Part shown: positions 36,383 to 45,929 of the stretch, one piece after another | Layout of the letters: every line of letters starts with the position of its first letter | Position numbering within the stretch: position 1 is the stretch's first letter | Origin: Candidatus Calditenuaceae archaeon | Lineage (GTDB): Archaea; Thermoproteota; Nitrososphaeria_A; Caldarchaeales; Calditenuaceae | Reading direction: 5' to 3' | DNA: 64,000 nucleotides | Assembly (NCBI GenBank): GCA_025058055.1 | Contig: JANXEU010000018.1 | Location: 1,281-65,280, forward strand | Position numbers and translations under genes: made by a program | The notes under the pieces: generated by a model | Database searches by the model: none | What the model was told of the DNA's origin: nothing | The model's input: the letters and a program-made list of their open reading frames with translations, nothing else

Positions 36383-37966
36383 CTACGCACATATCGATGG
36401 CCTCCACGTTCCGGCGAGGTATGATTCGCCGAACCTGCTCATAGTAATGGGGTTCATGAGGTTCTCGATGGGGGCGAAACCGTCGGTGATCAAGACGGCG
36501 TCTGAAGGAGGCTCGCGTACCAGGAAGGCCCTAGAGATAGGTTCGTCGATTCCGAGTGATGAGGCGACACGATCATACCTGACTAACATCTGTAGATGCC
36601 CAGCCTCAGGGAGTTGTCTCTTACCGAACACGACCATAACGTTCTGAACATCAAGTGAGTTATTCGAGGAAACCGGAACTACTAACACCTCTCCTCCGAA
36701 GACTTCCATGACCGTCTTGACGTAGGCCCACAGTACCGCGGATGCAGGCCCAGAGAGGGACGCGATGACGTTGGAGACGACGATGCCTCCTTCGTTCAAC
36801 CTTGATTTCAAGAGCGTAAAGAACTCTTGTGTAACCATGTGAAAGGGGATGTAGTTCTTCGAATACGCGTCCAACACTATAATATCGAATAGCCCCTCAG
36901 TCAGGACCAGATATCTCCTGCCGTCCATCACCACGATCTGCATGCGATTTTCGTATTCGGTGAGGTGAAAGAACTGCCTCGCGACATCAACCACCTTTCC
37001 GTCTATCTCGACCACTGAAATCGAGAGGCCCTCGTAGCTATCCGCGAAGAATTTCGGCCCTGAAAAGCCTCCTCCTCCTACGAACAGTACGCTATTCCCA
37101 AGCGGGTTGAGGAGTGGCCCAAGAACGAAGAGCCTCGTGTAGGGGAAAGGGAGGGAGGAGGGCTCTCCGATGTCCATGCCGCTGTGCAGAAGACCGTTGA
37201 TGTAGAGATGCCTCCTTCCAGAGTGGTCAACAACCACTATCCTCGAGTACTCGGAGTCCGTAACGAGCTTCACGTCGCCCGCATAGGCGGTTGAGCACAC
37301 CAAAAACGTAGGTGATGCGACCAACAACACCAAAAAGAGTGCGCCCAACATCGCGTTCAAGAGACTGCCCCTCCCAGATCCCAGAAACGCAATAAGTAGG
37401 ATCGAGATGCCTGTGGCTAGGAAGATGAGGTTGAGTTCGACGTATTGAAGTAAGAGGAAGGTCGTTGAGAACGAGCCGACGATGCTGCCCGCCGTCGAGA
37501 GAGCGTAGACGTTACCGGAGATCGATCCGATGCCTGCCCGCCCCTCAGAAAGGTGTTTTACAGCAGAGGGCACAACGCCTCCCATGAAGACGCTTGGCAC
37601 ACCCACGACCGCTGACCCCATGACAACGGATCCTAAACGCTCGTCGAGGTAGACCAGTTGAGCTGCTGACCCCAAAAAGGCGATCACCGTGGGAAGCATG
37701 GAGACGTAGACGCCAGCGCACAGCATCATCATGGTGATCACCGTCCTAGGGTTGAACCGGTCTGCAAGCCTACCTCCGACGTAGTACCCCACCGCGAGCG
37801 CCGTTAGGACTACACCTATCACTCCTCCCCAAACGACCGCGGAACTACCATAAACGGCGTTGATTACCCTACCGCCAGCGATCTCGACGATCATGACGGC
37901 TGCGCCGGAGAAGAAGACCCTTAGGTCCGTGAGGGCCCTCGACCCAATCAACCTAACGCTCGACAC
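36383..37966 (-). CDS. Fused polytopic membrane domain plus spermidine-synthase-like (class I SAM-fold) domain protein
   Basis: The N-terminal 220 aa are TM-rich. The C-terminal part has VLFVGGGGFSG and DIIVLDAY motifs of spermidine synthase-like proteins. Confidence 0.7.
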   Translation of the reverse strand: MSSVRLIGSRALTDLRVFFSGAAVMIVEIAGGRVINAVYGSSAVVWGGVIGVVLTALAVGYYVGGRLADRFNPRTVITMMMLCAGVYVSMLPTVIAFLGSAAQLVYLDERLGSVVMGSAVVGVPSVFMGGVVPSAVKHLSEGRAGIGSISGNVYALSTAGSIVGSFSTTFLLLQYVELNLIFLATGISILLIAFLGSGRGSLLNAMLGALFLVLLVASPTFLVCSTAYAGDVKLVTDSEYSRIVVVDHSGRRHLYINGLLHSGMDIGEPSSLPFPYTRLFVLGPLLNPLGNSVLFVGGGGFSGPKFFADSYEGLSISVVEIDGKVVDVARQFFHLTEYENRMQIVVMDGRRYLVLTEGLFDIIVLDAYSKNYIPFHMVTQEFFTLLKSRLNEGGIVVSNVIASLSGPASAVLWAYVKTVMEVFGGEVLVVPVSSNNSLDVQNVMVVFGKRQLPEAGHLQMLVRYDRVASSLGIDEPISRAFLVREPPSDAVLITDGFAPIENLMNPITMSRFGESYLAGTWRPSICA

Positions 37967-38088
37967 CTCGAGTCGGATAAAAATCCGGACCCAGCCATCG
38001 CAACAGGTAAAATACCCTAGCCTCTCGAACGGAACTGATTGTCCACGTAAATTCTAATTGGACTGTTAACGGGAATTGGACGCGCTGC

Positions 38089-38748
38089 GTGATAACGAGA
38101 ATGAGCAATAAGTTCGCCGAGGACATATGGGCCCTCATGGAGGTAATTGGATCCCGATATGGACGCGGGGTTAAGGACGTCCTATTGGGCGTGGCGGAGA
38201 AACTGGTAGACCTAAACATGCGAGGGATCGTGAAGATTAACCACTCCGTGATGGAGGTGGTCTGTGCGGCGTATCTCGCCTCAAGAGGGTATGAGGTAGA
38301 CGTTGAGCACCCTCTGGGAGAACCTTTGGTTTGTGACGTCTACGGAAAGAAGGGGGGTGGGACGGTGGTCGTGGAGATTGAGACCGGCTTCACGCCTCCT
38401 GAGCACGCTCTCGACCCCTTAACTTACCTGAGGGCCAGAATCGTCAGCAAGGTCGCGAGGTACAGCGCATACGCAGACAAGTTCGCGTTGGCTACGCCGC
38501 GCTATAACGTCCTCGAAATCCATCAAGCGTTGGTTAAGCCGCCATCGAAGAGGACGAAACAAGAGCTAGAGGAGATGAGGGCCCTCTGCGATCTCTACTA
38601 CTCCAGACCTCCTATAACGCTCGAGGAGCTAAATAACGCGAGGCTTCACTCTGTGATGGTGATAGAGGTCGATAACGTGAGTGTCAACGAATTCGACCCC
38701 ATTGAGTACAGAGAGGGCGTGATTCGGAGTGGTTTGTCTAAGTGGTGA
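38089..38748 (+). CDS. Hypothetical protein with PD-(D/E)xK nuclease-like core
   Basis: E..(AAYLASRGYEV)..LVCDVYGKKGGGTVVVEIETG resembles the Hjc-type E / D / E-x-K arrangement, but with Thr in place of Lys. Confidence 0.45.
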   Translation: MITRMSNKFAEDIWALMEVIGSRYGRGVKDVLLGVAEKLVDLNMRGIVKINHSVMEVVCAAYLASRGYEVDVEHPLGEPLVCDVYGKKGGGTVVVEIETGFTPPEHALDPLTYLRARIVSKVARYSAYADKFALATPRYNVLEIHQALVKPPSKRTKQELEEMRALCDLYYSRPPITLEELNNARLHSVMVIEVDNVSVNEFDPIEYREGVIRSGLSKW

Positions 38749-38752
38749 TAAG

Positions 38753-39568
38753 TTAAGTGACCGAGAAATAAACGACGCCGACTACCGCCCCAGTCAATGA
38801 ACATATTGTATTAACCACGTGATTATCTACGAACTTCAGGCCTGAGACCAATGTAGTTGGGAGACCGCAATGCTCCAGATGCTCGGTGACTACGCCGCAA
38901 GACTTGCATACGTACCTACCTTGGATGAGCTGACCGACGAGGCTATCGACGGTCGTTCCCAGCAGGGCGGAGGTAAGGGTCGCGCCGAGTAAGTTCGTTG
39001 CGCCGAGGGGGTTCGGGAAGCTCAAGGCAGAGACTGCCCATGTCATAACCCCCGCTAGCGTTGCACCGCCATAACCGTATAGGGTAACGCCACCGGGCTC
39101 ACCGGGCCTGACCTCCCTCAGACCTATGATCGAGAGTACTCTGCCTCTGCTGAGCAGGCCAATTTCCGTGGCAAGAGTGTCGGCGAACACTGCGGCTATC
39201 GAACAGATCATCGCAACTGAGTAGAGGTGGGACCTTGAAGGGTCGATCTGATAGAGGATTGCCGATCCCGCGGCTACCGATCCATTGCCTAGAACGTTCT
39301 TCCAGCCCCTTATCCCGCCCTTTAGCTCTGCGGCGTCTAGGGCCTTCTTCCGGTCGTAACCTATCCTAGTGAACGCAGCAGATATCGTCAGGAAGGTCAG
39401 AAGCACTACTATCCCCCCTCTTCCGATTGTGAAGTAGACGGCCGCGCCAACCGCAAGGGCTGCAGCTGTGCCCTTAATGTCGAGGACCCGAGTTCGCCAG
39501 ATGAGAACGCCCAGGAACACTAGCACTAATGTTGCTTCCAGGAGAAGATTGGGATCAACCTGCCCCAA
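38753..39568 (-). CDS. DUF92/TMEM19-like integral membrane protein with C-terminal Zn-ribbon-like insert
   Basis: About 7 TM helices, Gly-rich helices, CKSCG..HLEHCG segment. Family assignment is from memory. Confidence 0.5.
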   Translation of the reverse strand: MGQVDPNLLLEATLVLVFLGVLIWRTRVLDIKGTAAALAVGAAVYFTIGRGGIVVLLTFLTISAAFTRIGYDRKKALDAAELKGGIRGWKNVLGNGSVAAGSAILYQIDPSRSHLYSVAMICSIAAVFADTLATEIGLLSRGRVLSIIGLREVRPGEPGGVTLYGYGGATLAGVMTWAVSALSFPNPLGATNLLGATLTSALLGTTVDSLVGQLIQGRYVCKSCGVVTEHLEHCGLPTTLVSGLKFVDNHVVNTICSLTGAVVGVVYFSVT

Positions 39569-40871
39569 GCCTGTTCACCAGCTCCGATGATACCGAACTG
39601 ATGTCGAGCTCGAACTGTTGACCGTTGAAGAGGTCCCTTACCGTCACTGAACCCCTCTCCCTCTCCCTCGGACCCACAAGAGCTATGTACCTGATCTTTC
39701 TCTCTGCAGCCAACCCGAGCTCCTCCCCAAGCGGTTTGTGCGGGAACGCAAGCTCCACACTAACACCAGCGACACGTAGCGAACCTGCGATCTTCAAGGC
39801 GTAGAGCCTTTCCCGATCCGTGAGGGGTTTAACGATCACGCTCGGCTGATCAGGAGCCGTCTTCACTCGTATCCTGTCCGCGATGTATTGATGGACTCTC
39901 GTTATACCGATCGCGACCCCCACAGCAGGGAAGTCCCTCCCTCCGAAGAGGCCTATGAGCCCGTCGTACCTACCTCCTCCTGCAAGTGCAACGTTAGCTA
40001 GCGGCCCGTAGACCTCGAAGATGATCCCCGTGTAATAGCTCAGCCCTCTCGCAAAGCCCGATACGAAACGGAGGCGCTGCTCTCCAACCAACTCCTTGAG
40101 AGCATCGAAGGCCGTGTTCAGCTCTTCAAGATATGGTCTGGTAGCCTCTATTCCTCTCACCACCTCTGCTACCGACCTAGGGTCGTCCATCTCGCTAGTT
40201 ACAAGGTCACCGTAGATCTCTGCGGCCCTTTCATCCTCGGACCTTGTTCTGACGAGTGCGAGGGCGTCGTCGATCCGGCCTCTGTCTATCAGCGAGAGCA
40301 CGGCGTCAGCCTCCTCTCCCTGCAGTCCGCACTGTCCCAACACAGCCCTGTGGACTCCAACATGACCGAGCTTGACCTTGAACTCGTTTATGCCAACCCT
40401 CTCCATGAAGTCTCTACATATGAGGACCTGCTCTACGTCCGCGTAAGGATCACGAACACCTATCAACTCGAAACCAGCGTGATAGAACCTCCTCCTCCGT
40501 CCCCACTGAGGCTCGTCGAGCCTGTAGCAGTCTGAGATGTACGACAGCCTTTGCGGTAGGGGTCTTCTGCTCAACTTGGAGGCGAATAACCTAGCGACTG
40601 CTGCAGTCATCTCCGGCCTCAAGACCAGCTTCCTGCCGTGCACGTCTTCGAAGGAATACATGTGAGTCAGTATCTCCTCGCCGCTTTTGGCCGCGAAGAC
40701 CTCGAAGTGCTCAACCGGAGGGGTCTCGATGGGGACATAGCCGTATAGCCTCATGATGGACCGAGCCGCGTACACTAGCCTCTCTTGAAGCGCGTAATCC
40801 TCCGGACCAATATCGTCCATACCCTTAGGAGGTTCGAGGGGTAACCTCAATCCGATTCGATCTAGCATCAT
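39555..40871 (-). CDS. hisS: Histidyl-tRNA synthetase
   Basis: LRPEMTAAVAR (motif 2 region), AGGGRYDGL (motif 3), C-terminal anticodon-binding domain. Confidence 0.9.
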   Translation of the reverse strand: MMLDRIGLRLPLEPPKGMDDIGPEDYALQERLVYAARSIMRLYGYVPIETPPVEHFEVFAAKSGEEILTHMYSFEDVHGRKLVLRPEMTAAVARLFASKLSRRPLPQRLSYISDCYRLDEPQWGRRRRFYHAGFELIGVRDPYADVEQVLICRDFMERVGINEFKVKLGHVGVHRAVLGQCGLQGEEADAVLSLIDRGRIDDALALVRTRSEDERAAEIYGDLVTSEMDDPRSVAEVVRGIEATRPYLEELNTAFDALKELVGEQRLRFVSGFARGLSYYTGIIFEVYGPLANVALAGGGRYDGLIGLFGGRDFPAVGVAIGITRVHQYIADRIRVKTAPDQPSVIVKPLTDRERLYALKIAGSLRVAGVSVELAFPHKPLGEELGLAAERKIRYIALVGPRERERGSVTVRDLFNGQQFELDISSVSSELVNRLGAG

Positions 40872-40944
40872 CCCTATTTGAGCCCTTACGCATCACCATA
40901 ACCACGTACCGATCGACGAATCTCCTGGCCCGCCGCAGTGTCTG

Positions 40945-41922
40945 TCAGGGAGAGGACCTGATGGCCTCCCTGTAATCACTTGGACGCGCGCCCTCTACCA
41001 TGGCTAGTACGACTTCAGGTGGAAGGTCTTTGAGGGAGCCACACCAAGGGCAGTGGAACCTGAAAACTGAACCGCTTTTGGCCGCCTCTTCGCATTCCTC
41101 CCTCACGGGCAGCTGAACGTGAACCGCCTCTTTGCAAAGCTCGCACCTGAGCGCTGATATGGATCCAGAGGACCGCGACGGAGCTTCCTCTATCAAAAGA
41201 CCGCTGACGACGTAGAGTTTCGCAGCCGGTACACTCAAACGACCATCCCTCATGGCCCTCCTCAGCCTCTCCGTCTCCAGCTCCTTCTCTCGCAACAGCT
41301 CTCTCGCCTCTTTGAGGCTCCTCTCGACCATTGAGAACATCCAATGAGGCACGAACTTCTCTCTTATTGACGGACCGATTAGGTCAGCAAGCAGCGACCT
41401 CAACTTCTCGAGAGTGCGCGCGTCAACTTGAACAGATCCTCCTTCCATCGCCGTGCTCAACTTCACTAAGAGCGCACCAACTCGCCTTAGCGACTCGTGA
41501 CTCACTCTTCCAGAATTGGAAAAGAGAGCTACCAGAGCGTTGAAGTTCTCTGCGATCTCCCGGAGCCTGTTGAGCTCGTCCCTCTCTCTGGCAATTACAT
41601 CGTCAACCATCCTCTCCACGAGCGCCCGCAGCGGCTCGTTCGAATCCTCGCTTTTTTCGGTCTTTATCTTGCCGAACTCGACGATCACCCTCGCAGCCTC
41701 ATCGACACTCAGACCCGATTCGTTCAGCGCCTCCAGAAGTTTACCGTATCGCGAGTACGGGATGAACGACTCCAACTCTCCACTCGAGGTCAAGAGAGGG
41801 GGCTCCGTAAAATGCACAACAATCATACCTAGGCGTTGATAACATCTCCGTCTTACCAGAAACATCGAAACACAGGGCCTAACGTGACATGAGCAGACTG
41901 CGAATAGCTTTATTCCCTTCAT
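40945..41922 (-). CDS. Hypothetical coiled-coil protein with C-terminal Zn-ribbon (CELC...CPWCG)
   Basis: Maximal ORF given. The true start is probably an internal Met (for example MIVVHFTEPP, near 41826). Confidence 0.5.
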   Translation of the reverse strand: MKGIKLFAVCSCHVRPCVSMFLVRRRCYQRLGMIVVHFTEPPLLTSSGELESFIPYSRYGKLLEALNESGLSVDEAARVIVEFGKIKTEKSEDSNEPLRALVERMVDDVIARERDELNRLREIAENFNALVALFSNSGRVSHESLRRVGALLVKLSTAMEGGSVQVDARTLEKLRSLLADLIGPSIREKFVPHWMFSMVERSLKEARELLREKELETERLRRAMRDGRLSVPAAKLYVVSGLLIEEAPSRSSGSISALRCELCKEAVHVQLPVREECEEAAKSGSVFRFHCPWCGSLKDLPPEVVLAMVEGARPSDYREAIRSSP

Positions 41923-41937
41923 TGTAAGCGAAAAGTC

Positions 41938-42723
41938 ATGTCCTACGAGATGCCGCTGTTATTCTATCATCCTGGCAGGCGTCTCGTAACGATCTCGCTG
42001 GTCGTCGAGGGCGGCGCGAAGGCCATAGCGGGAGTGATGGGATACCTCTCGGTGAAGGGCGTTAAAGTCCTCGGGATCATGAGCTGGATTCCGCCAGTCA
42101 ACGGGAACTTGATTGGACTGAACGTCATAGCAGACCTTTCCGAGCTTCGAGAGAGCCTAAGCGAAGTCGTTTGTGAGATCAGCTTAATCTCTGAGGTCAG
42201 AGGCCTCAACATATACGAGGCTGAACTGAGAGGGATGGCGTCCTGCGTCAAGGGAGGCTTCCCCTCCTTCCTAGGAGAGAGGTTGTTCATCATGCCTCAA
42301 GCGCTCTTCAAAGAACTTTACCTCACCTTTTACGAGGCGCTGGGTGCCTCGGCCTTCGCGATCATGCGTCAAGCTGGGAGAAGGGTAGGAGAGTTCGCAG
42401 GTGCATTTAAGGCCCTCGTGGGAGACGTAATTGGCCTAATTCAGATCCTAAGAGAAGCTTCGAACGCATTAGGCCTAGCCAGTGACATTAGGGTCGTTAG
42501 TAGCGACGACGAGGTCATCAAAATCATTGTTAAGGACCTTGCAGACTGCGCGAGCATCTCCGAAGTGAAACCCGAGACAAGGACAGGTTACTTTTTCGCC
42601 GGTGTGTTGGAAGCTTTGTTCAGGCAAGTGGGCGATGAAGAGTTCATTGTAGAGGAAGTTGAGTGCATAAACACGGGAAGTGCCTTTTGCGTTTTCGAAA
42701 TTCGACAAATACAAAAACGATAA
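41938..42723 (+). CDS. ACT-like N-terminal domain plus V4R (4-vinyl reductase) domain protein
   Basis: C-terminal FFAGVLEALF..EVECINTGSAFCVFEI is V4R-like. N-terminal beta-alpha-beta pattern. AATAGCTTTATTCC box about 25 nt upstream. Confidence 0.55.
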   Translation: MSYEMPLLFYHPGRRLVTISLVVEGGAKAIAGVMGYLSVKGVKVLGIMSWIPPVNGNLIGLNVIADLSELRESLSEVVCEISLISEVRGLNIYEAELRGMASCVKGGFPSFLGERLFIMPQALFKELYLTFYEALGASAFAIMRQAGRRVGEFAGAFKALVGDVIGLIQILREASNALGLASDIRVVSSDDEVIKIIVKDLADCASISEVKPETRTGYFFAGVLEALFRQVGDEEFIVEEVECINTGSAFCVFEIRQIQKR

Positions 42724-42828
42724 AATTCAAAATTGTTAAAATAGAAAATTTACGCTCATACCGTATACCCTTATCTTGGCAGGATGTGACTTCATGAACG
42801 ATCTTTGTCCTACTGGACGCTCGATTGG

Positions 42829-44301
42829 TTAAAATTGATATCTCTCCCGTAACCACTCATATAGCTCGAGGTCAGTAACGACCTCATCAACCGGAGCTAT
42901 GTCGTGATCTCTTGGATCGGCGAACTTCCCTTCTAAGGCGGTTGCGGCAGCAGTCAGTGGACTGAGTAGGTGGGTCCTCGAACCGGGTCCCTGACGATTC
43001 TCGAAGTTGCGGTTCGAGGTAGACGCACACCTCTTGCCTGGTTCAACGAAGTCACCCGGTGCCATAGCGATGCAGTAACTACAGCCTGAGTTCCGCCACT
43101 CGAAACCGGCCTTTATCAGGTGCGAGTGGATCCCTAGCCTCTCTGCCCAGCGCTTCGTCAACATCGATCCGGGTACGACCACCGCCTTTACACCCTTTGC
43201 GACCTCCTTGCCCTTAACGAGACTGGCGACCTGTATGAGGTCCGATAGCCTCGCGTTGGTACAGGACCCTATGAAGACCACGTCCACTTTGATGTCGGTG
43301 ATCCTTTGGCCAGGGCTGAGGCCCATATACTTCAACGCCCTCTCAGCGGCGCTCCTTGCGTTCTTGTCCTCGAACTGGTTCGGAGATGGCACCTCACCTG
43401 TCACGTCAGTGACTTGAGCTGGGTTAGTCCCCCAAGTGACCTGTGGCTCCAGCGTGCTGACGTCCAGCTCTATTCTCTTATGGTAGTAAGCGTTGGTGTC
43501 AGACTCCAATGATCTCCAGTATCTAAGGGCAGCGTCCCAGTCTTCTCCCTCAGGAGCGAAAGGTCTGCCAGCGATGAACTTGAAGACCTTCTCGTCAGGG
43601 GCTGTGATGGCCGTGCGAGCTCCACCCTCGATGGACATGTTACAGAGAGTCATCCTGTCGTCGACGCTCATACGATCGACTGTCTCCCCAGCGAACTCCA
43701 TGACGTGTCCTATCCCACCACCGGTGCCGATCTCGCCTATCAGCTTGAGAATCACGTCCTTCGCGACCACTCCTCTCTCAATCTCACCTTTCACCTCGAC
43801 CTTCATCTCTCGAGGCCTCTTGATCCAGATAGTCTGAGTCGCGAAGACGTGTTCTCCCTCGCTCGTCCCGATTCCGAACGCTACCGCTCCGAACGCGCCG
43901 TGTGTGCTAGTGTGAGAGTCTCCGCAGGTTATCGTCAGGCCAGGAAGTGTTAGTCCTAGTTCTGGCATAATCACATGCACTATGCCTTGATAGGGGCTGA
44001 AGTAATCGAAGAGGGTAATTCCGAAGTCACGCGCGTTCTTCCTAAGGGCCTCCATTTGTGCAGCGGACATCTCCTCGGTTACGGGGAGAGCTCTGTCATA
44101 GGTAGGAACGTTGTGGTCCATCACCGCGAACGTGAGGTCCGGTCTTCGCACCTTGCGCTTAGCTGTTCTGAGGTTGTCAAAGGCTATCGGTGAGGTCACC
44201 TCATGCGTGAAGTGCCTGTCAACGTAAATCAGTGAAGTTCCCTCATCCCGCTCCGCTATGACGTGTTCCTCCCATATTTTCGAGAAGACGGATCGGGCCA
44301 T
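42829..44301 (-). CDS. leuC: Aconitase-family dehydratase large subunit (3-isopropylmalate / homoaconitate dehydratase, LeuC/HacA-like)
   Basis: DRHFTHEVTSP, CGDSHT, GSCTNAR and SGCSYC Fe-S ligand motifs. No small-subunit gene adjacent. Confidence 0.85.
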   Translation of the reverse strand: MARSVFSKIWEEHVIAERDEGTSLIYVDRHFTHEVTSPIAFDNLRTAKRKVRRPDLTFAVMDHNVPTYDRALPVTEEMSAAQMEALRKNARDFGITLFDYFSPYQGIVHVIMPELGLTLPGLTITCGDSHTSTHGAFGAVAFGIGTSEGEHVFATQTIWIKRPREMKVEVKGEIERGVVAKDVILKLIGEIGTGGGIGHVMEFAGETVDRMSVDDRMTLCNMSIEGGARTAITAPDEKVFKFIAGRPFAPEGEDWDAALRYWRSLESDTNAYYHKRIELDVSTLEPQVTWGTNPAQVTDVTGEVPSPNQFEDKNARSAAERALKYMGLSPGQRITDIKVDVVFIGSCTNARLSDLIQVASLVKGKEVAKGVKAVVVPGSMLTKRWAERLGIHSHLIKAGFEWRNSGCSYCIAMAPGDFVEPGKRCASTSNRNFENRQGPGSRTHLLSPLTAAATALEGKFADPRDHDIAPVDEVVTDLELYEWLRERYQF

Positions 44302-44348
44302 AGCTGCAACGCGTGCAGGAAGTCCGTTGATAAACCTTCACGTATACC

Positions 44349-44774
44349 TCAAATCTTTCTAACTGGTGACCTAGCTCCGCAGACCTCGCAGACTAGGTAC
44401 CTGAACTTCTTCTCCCTTTGAATCTGCGTATCAATTCCTCCGCAGATCGGGCATTTGACGAACTCCTTGAAGTAGAGCTGCAGGAGCCGAGCAAACTCCT
44501 GATCTCCTATTTTGCCGTTGAGGATCAACCTGTCGCCTTCGAGGGTACCTGGTTTGCCGCTCTCCTTGAAGACGAACCTCGCTATGTGTTCGGGCTCGCG
44601 GTTAAGGGAGTTGGCGAGCTGCCTGAAATTCATGACGATAGTTCGACGCTCGTCGTGAAAGAGTGACGGCCTCAGCGCGATCTCCCTCTCTCCGGAGGCT
44701 GAGGACTTGGTCCTAAGCTGGAGCCTCACTCTCTCGAGTAGCAGCTCATACGACGCGCGGCCTCGGAGTTCCAT
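44349..44774 (-). CDS. eif2b: Translation initiation factor 2 subunit beta (aIF2-beta)
   Basis: YELLLERV N-terminus and C-terminal Zn ribbon CPICG...CEVCGA. Start moved to MELRG (cat at 44772-44774). Confidence 0.85.
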   Translation of the reverse strand: MELRGRASYELLLERVRLQLRTKSSASGEREIALRPSLFHDERRTIVMNFRQLANSLNREPEHIARFVFKESGKPGTLEGDRLILNGKIGDQEFARLLQLYFKEFVKCPICGGIDTQIQREKKFRYLVCEVCGARSPVRKI

Positions 44775-44823
44775 GCCCCCTGAAGGGCCGTCTGAGTGAT
44801 AAACGTGCTTCAAGAGCTGGAGC

Positions 44824-45378
44824 TTAGAGCGCGATCACGGCGTCTACCCAAGACTTCAGGATTTCGAGCCTCTCCCTCTCGATCTTAGTCAGTCCGGAGC
44901 CCCTGTCCTCAGAGAGCTTGACGCCCTCGTAAGCGGTGCCGACGAAGGTCTGAGAGGCCGCGATGGCCGACTTAAGCAGCTCGAGATCGCCTGTGTGCAG
45001 GTAGATCGTCACGTCGTTGACGAAGAGCAGAGGCGTGGGGGCCTTCAGGTAAGCCATGAGCAAGGGTTCGATGAGGCCGGCGTTCCTCTTCGCGATCGCT
45101 GCAACCTCCTCTGCACTCCTTCCTGATAACCTAGGGCCGAGGATATCTTCTGAGGTCAGGTATCTCAGCTCGTTTACGGAGGGGTCTAACTCTTTCAGTT
45201 TACCTCCGAACCACCCAGCTCTCTTTGGGGCCATGTCGATGATCGTTATGTGGCCGACCAACTCCATGTTGATTGCGTCCTTCAGCAGCTCCAAGAGCCT
45301 TGTAGACTTCCCAGAACCCGCCTCACCAGTAATCAGGACCTTTTTGCCCAAGAGAGAACTGATTCTCACCGCTTCCAC
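44824..45378 (-). CDS. P-loop NTPase of unknown function
   Basis: Walker A GEAGSGKST, probable Walker B IIDMAP. GTG start overlaps the ThiW-like stop by 13 nt. Confidence 0.55.
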   Translation of the reverse strand: MEAVRISSLLGKKVLITGEAGSGKSTRLLELLKDAINMELVGHITIIDMAPKRAGWFGGKLKELDPSVNELRYLTSEDILGPRLSGRSAEEVAAIAKRNAGLIEPLLMAYLKAPTPLLFVNDVTIYLHTGDLELLKSAIAASQTFVGTAYEGVKLSEDRGSGLTKIERERLEILKSWVDAVIAL

Positions 45379-45929
45379 TCGAGCGCCCGCTCAGGGAGGG
45401 CCCTGTTGAGGGCGAGGCACAGTACGTACCCTAACACCGAGCCTGGAACGGAGCTTACGGCCCATCCGGACCAGAAGACCGGCAAGGCGCCGAGTGCACC
45501 TCTCTCGTTCAGTAGAGCTAAAAGCGGCCCAGAACCGATCAGCGGAGCGAGAAGGAGTAAGGAAATCGTCCCGCCTATCAGGACCGTACCGATTGGCTCC
45601 GCGAGTGCCGAGAGGTATCTGAACACATGCCTGCGAAACCTTGACGTCAAATATCTGTGAAAAATTCCCACCATGAGAGCGCCCGGTATCCCTCCTGGAT
45701 AGGCGAATATCGTCCCGAGCCCCAATGCTATTCTGACCGTGCCCACTATGAGAGGCACTACGGTTGAACTCAAAGGCCCTAGCATAACTCCCGCGAGCAC
45801 GTTCACCATGTGCTGTCCAGGATAGGCCCTAGTCCCCAGAAAAGGAAACCAGAAAATCGGCGCGAGAGCGATTCCCATTGCCGATAGAACGACCCACAAC
45901 GCAACGGTTCTGGTTGCCCTGACCGCCAT
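45366..45929 (-). CDS. thiW: ThiW-like membrane protein (ECF-type S component for the thiazole moiety of thiamine)
   Basis: YPGQHMVNVLAGVMLGP and GLGTIFAYPGGIPGAL match the FPGQH.VNV..GV.LGP / GTIFAFPG signatures recalled for ThiW. About 5 TM helices. Confidence 0.55.
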   Translation of the reverse strand: MAVRATRTVALWVVLSAMGIALAPIFWFPFLGTRAYPGQHMVNVLAGVMLGPLSSTVVPLIVGTVRIALGLGTIFAYPGGIPGALMVGIFHRYLTSRFRRHVFRYLSALAEPIGTVLIGGTISLLLLAPLIGSGPLLALLNERGALGALPVFWSGWAVSSVPGSVLGYVLCLALNRALPERALEWKR

